DNA of 32,000 bases from the NCBI RefSeq assembly GCF_000189295.2, contig NC_016803.1, positions 1,110,001-1,142,000 on the forward strand, in the 5' to 3' direction. Positions 26,872-32,000 of the stretch are shown here, piece by piece. Position numbers and translations under genes: made by a program. The stretch's first letter is position 1. The number at the start of each line of letters is the position of its first letter. Under the pieces are notes generated by a model that was not told the origin of the DNA, did not search any database, and saw only the letters and a program-made list of their open reading frames with translations. This DNA is from Pseudodesulfovibrio mercurii. GTDB taxonomy: Bacteria > Desulfobacterota > Desulfovibrionia > Desulfovibrionales > Desulfovibrionaceae.

Positions 26872-28221
26872 TCAGAGCAGGCACTGCAGGCCGCCCATGC
26901 ACCACAGGCAATGGCCGCAGGGGATGGTCGCGCCCAGGCAGTCGCAGTCGAAATCGAAGGGCGCTCCCTTGATGTCGTCGCAGGGCACGAACGGGCAGTT
27001 GGAGCAATAGGGGTATTCGTATTCCAGCACCTGGCGGCGGAAATCCGCGTAGGAAGCGCCCCGCCAGATGTCCACCAGGTCGCGCTCGCGGATGTTCCCG
27101 AAGAGCCACGGCCGGACCACCTTTTTGCCGCCGTCCAGGTGGCAGGCGTACTGGTGCCACAGGAACTGGCACGGGCTGACGTCCCCCTGCGAGGTGACGA
27201 AGGCCGTGCCATCCTCCACGAAATGGCAGCGCCGCTCGTCGCGGGCCTTGAGGGGCGGCAGGCGCAGCTCCAGCCCGGCGCGCAGGGCCGCGTCCCCGGC
27301 CTGCCGGAAACGATGCGCCAAGTCCCGCTCCGCCCCGTCGAGGTTGCGCCGGTCCCATTCGAGCAGGTGGGGCAGGTGGACCCACACGCCCGAGGCCTCG
27401 GCCTCGGCGAGCAACCCCTTGACCAGCTCGAGCAGCCGCTTCTCCCGGTCCGACTTGACGAACTTCCAGGCCACGCCCTGCTGGTCGTGCAGGTCGAGCC
27501 CCTGTTCCGCCGCCCTGGCCTGCCATTTTTCGAACAGGGCCGTGGCCGCCGGGGTGTTGGGGTTGAACAGGGACTGATCCTGCATGGCCTGGTCGTAGGG
27601 CAACACGTGGGAGACTATGGCGAAGTCCAGGCCGATCTCCCCGGCCCAGCGGACGACCAGGGGCAGCTGGTCGGCGGTGTCGCGCATGAGCACGAATTCC
27701 AGGCCCAGGCGCAGGCTCCGGCCGTACCGCTCCCCTGCCCGGCGCAGCAGGCGGAAGGCGCGCTCCAGGCGGGCCGCCCCGGTCATGCCGTGCAGCTCGC
27801 CCCCGGCCGCGAGGCCCATCTCCAGGGTGTCCACCGAGACGCAGAAGGTATCCACGCCGGATTCGACCAGACGGTGGGCCAGGGATTCCGTGACCAACAG
27901 CCCGTTGGTCTGGAAGCCGATCCAGCCGGACGCGGGCATGACGGACCGGGCAAAGGCGGCCATGTCCGGCAGGTCGGGATTGAGCAGGGGCTCGCCGATG
28001 CCGTTGAGGACCAATGCCTCGCACCGGGCCAGGGCCGGTTCAAGCCGCCGGAAGGCGTCGAGGTCCAGGTCGGTCTCGGGGATGTCGCTGTCCGGGGCGG
28101 ACTTGACGCACATGGCGCAGCGCATGTTGCAGCGCGTGGTCACCTCCACCTGGAGCCGGGACGGAAAGGACGGTTCCGGACGGGTGGCGGCGGGAGCGGG
28201 AAATGTCTGGGGGCGGTTCAT
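26872..28221 (-). CDS. Radical SAM enzyme with C-terminal SPASM domain and an additional Cys-rich tail
   Basis: Radical SAM motif TTRCNMRCAMC (C-x3-C-x2-C). SPASM motif C-x13-G-x4-C (CHFVEDGTAFVTSQGDVSPC), then CSNCPFVPC. Extra tail DCDCLGATIPCGHCLWCMGGLQC. ATG 28221 is preferred; the track start 28296 is a TTG. Neither start has a strong RBS. Confidence 0.8.
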   Translation of the reverse strand: MNRPQTFPAPAATRPEPSFPSRLQVEVTTRCNMRCAMCVKSAPDSDIPETDLDLDAFRRLEPALARCEALVLNGIGEPLLNPDLPDMAAFARSVMPASGWIGFQTNGLLVTESLAHRLVESGVDTFCVSVDTLEMGLAAGGELHGMTGAARLERAFRLLRRAGERYGRSLRLGLEFVLMRDTADQLPLVVRWAGEIGLDFAIVSHVLPYDQAMQDQSLFNPNTPAATALFEKWQARAAEQGLDLHDQQGVAWKFVKSDREKRLLELVKGLLAEAEASGVWVHLPHLLEWDRRNLDGAERDLAHRFRQAGDAALRAGLELRLPPLKARDERRCHFVEDGTAFVTSQGDVSPCQFLWHQYACHLDGGKKVVRPWLFGNIRERDLVDIWRGASYADFRRQVLEYEYPYCSNCPFVPCDDIKGAPFDFDCDCLGATIPCGHCLWCMGGLQCLL

Positions 28222-28321
28222 GACGGCGGTTCCATGGGGTTGGGTCGGGGGAACCGCCTGTATACGGCAAAGCGGACGCGCCGTCGAGGGGTGCAAGCGG
28301 CCCGTTCCCGGCGGGGTCCCC

Positions 28322-28666
28322 CTATCCGGCCGGGGAGGTCAGACCGGACACCGAGGTGCCGATGAACTCGTCCAGGGTCGCGCCGTCCGACTCGCCGATG
28401 AGCCGGTTGATCTCGCGGCCGCCGTGGAACAGCAGAAAGGTGGGCGTGCCCTTGACCGCGAAGCGCTCGGTGGCCGTGTCCAGGTAGTCGGCGTTGTACA
28501 GGAAGAACCGAACGGTGTCGCCGTGGGCCCGGTGAGCCGTTTCCAGGACCTGCAACTGCACGGAATATTTTTCATTCCGTTTCAGGAAGGCGATCAGCAG
28601 AGGAGAGCCGCCGCTGTGCAGTTCCATGTCGATGGCCTGTGGCTCGATGATCTTGATCGTGCGCAT
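28322..28666 (-). CDS. Thioredoxin-fold protein lacking all cysteines (redox-inactive)
   Basis: 114 aa with GAGGAG RBS 7 nt upstream of the ATG. Thioredoxin-like pattern PLLIAFL...VRFFLYNAD...FAVKGTPTFLLFHGGREI..LIG. The WCGPC position reads KRNEKYS, and the protein has no Cys at all. Confidence 0.7.
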   Translation of the reverse strand: MRTIKIIEPQAIDMELHSGGSPLLIAFLKRNEKYSVQLQVLETAHRAHGDTVRFFLYNADYLDTATERFAVKGTPTFLLFHGGREINRLIGESDGATLDEFIGTSVSGLTSPAG

Positions 28667-28726
28667 GCGTTCGCTCCTCGCCGGAACGCGGGCCGAAGGT
28701 CCGCCGTCCGGGCTTACTCCGACACA

Positions 28727-28744
28727 TAGCAGGGAGCGAGCCGT
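28727..28744 (-). promoter_or_regulatory. Sigma-54 (-24/-12) promoter for the thioredoxin-fold/radical SAM operon
   Basis: The minus strand reads cGGCtcgctcccTGCt. GG is at 28742-41 and GC at 28730-29, in consensus spacing. It lies about 60 nt upstream of ATG 28666 and directly downstream of the sigma-54 activator gene. Confidence 0.5.
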
Positions 28745-28815
28745 GTTGCATTACATCAACTCGTTAGTATGGTTATAACTTCATCCCGCCGGATGCGGGA
28801 CGCGACGGTCCGGGC

Positions 28816-31686
<2,871 letters not shown>

Positions 31687-31829
31687 ATCTCCTGGAATGA
31701 CCCATACATCACTTGTCCCGCGAAAACCAGCCCCGTACCGATACACCTCCTTTTTGACTGTTCATTTCCCTTTTCAGGGTGTATAGCCCCACATATGGTG
31801 GAGCCTTATCCATAACTCAGGAGGATTGT

Positions 31830-32000
31830 ATGTCATCTTTTACCGAAGCCGATCTGCCCGTTGACGTCCATCATGGGGAAATGATTACTCTGGCGGACGG
31901 GACCACGGTCAGGTTCGAATCCAACGGAGAAGCCAAGGACATTATGGTCAACGACGGGTTCGCCCCGGCCTGCACCCTGTTCCCCGGCAACGATTTCGTC
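31830..32000 (+). CDS. Hypothetical protein, N-terminal 57 aa only (runs off the window)
   Basis: AGGAGG RBS at 31819-24, then ATG 31830. The frame stays open to the window end (MSSFTEADLPVDVHHGEMITLADGTTVRFESNGEAKDIMVNDGFAPACTLFPGNDFV). It is divergent from the activator gene. Confidence 0.5.
   Translation, partial: MSSFTEADLPVDVHHGEMITLADGTTVRFESNGEAKDIMVNDGFAPACTLFPGNDFV

Noticed and set aside
28222-28321. Search for a small precursor-peptide ORF between the thioredoxin-fold and radical SAM genes, and in 26714..26871 and 28667..28726
   Set aside because: Only trivial reading frames turned up, such as MEPPS-stop and a leader ORF overlapping gene 1 out of frame. None has an RBS. Reported as absence, not as a feature.

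Overview
High-GC (about 60-65%) bacterial chromosomal window. Gene content looks Desulfovibrionaceae-like: a rubredoxin close to my memory of Desulfovibrio rubredoxins, two tungsten-type aldehyde:ferredoxin oxidoreductase (AOR) paralogs, and several sigma-54 activators. That taxonomic guess is inference only.

Layout:
- 1-3324: AOR (5' truncated), then an aldolase-like protein, then a CPBP protease.
- 3325-3750: a 430-bp non-coding gap packed with long hairpins and palindromes.
- 3921-4076: a 51-aa rubredoxin missing from the ORF track.
- 4167-8414: housekeeping ruvB-ruvA / ruvC-yebC-rlmE cluster on the minus strand, interrupted by a plus-strand gene for a secreted Lys-rich protein.
- 8538-10140: a CgeB-like glycosyltransferase and tRNA-Ala(CGC).
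- 10205-12959: an orphan solute-binding protein divergent from a PAS/sigma-54 activator.
- 13346-26713: a tightly packed 11-gene plus-strand cluster, gabT-aor-potABCD-amidohydrolase-patA-patD-aguA-aguB. It encodes uptake and full catabolism of agmatine and putrescine through GABA. An AOR sits where a succinate-semialdehyde dehydrogenase would be expected. An AT-rich region with repeated TGAATCA-type motifs and a -24/-12 promoter precedes it.
- 26872-31686: on the minus strand, a REC-4xPAS-AAA+-HTH sigma-54 activator upstream of a -24/-12 promoter. That promoter drives a cysteine-free thioredoxin-fold protein and a radical SAM/SPASM enzyme with an extra Cys-rich tail. No precursor peptide is visible.
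- 31830-32000: a partial CDS at the window edge.

The thioredoxin-fold/radical SAM module is my best candidate for an undescribed system. The AOR-containing polyamine operon is second.

I saw no CRISPR array, IS element, prophage or rRNA. The many long antisense ORFs in the track are GC-rich artefacts. All functional calls rest on motifs read by eye and remembered family sequences. No searches were run.
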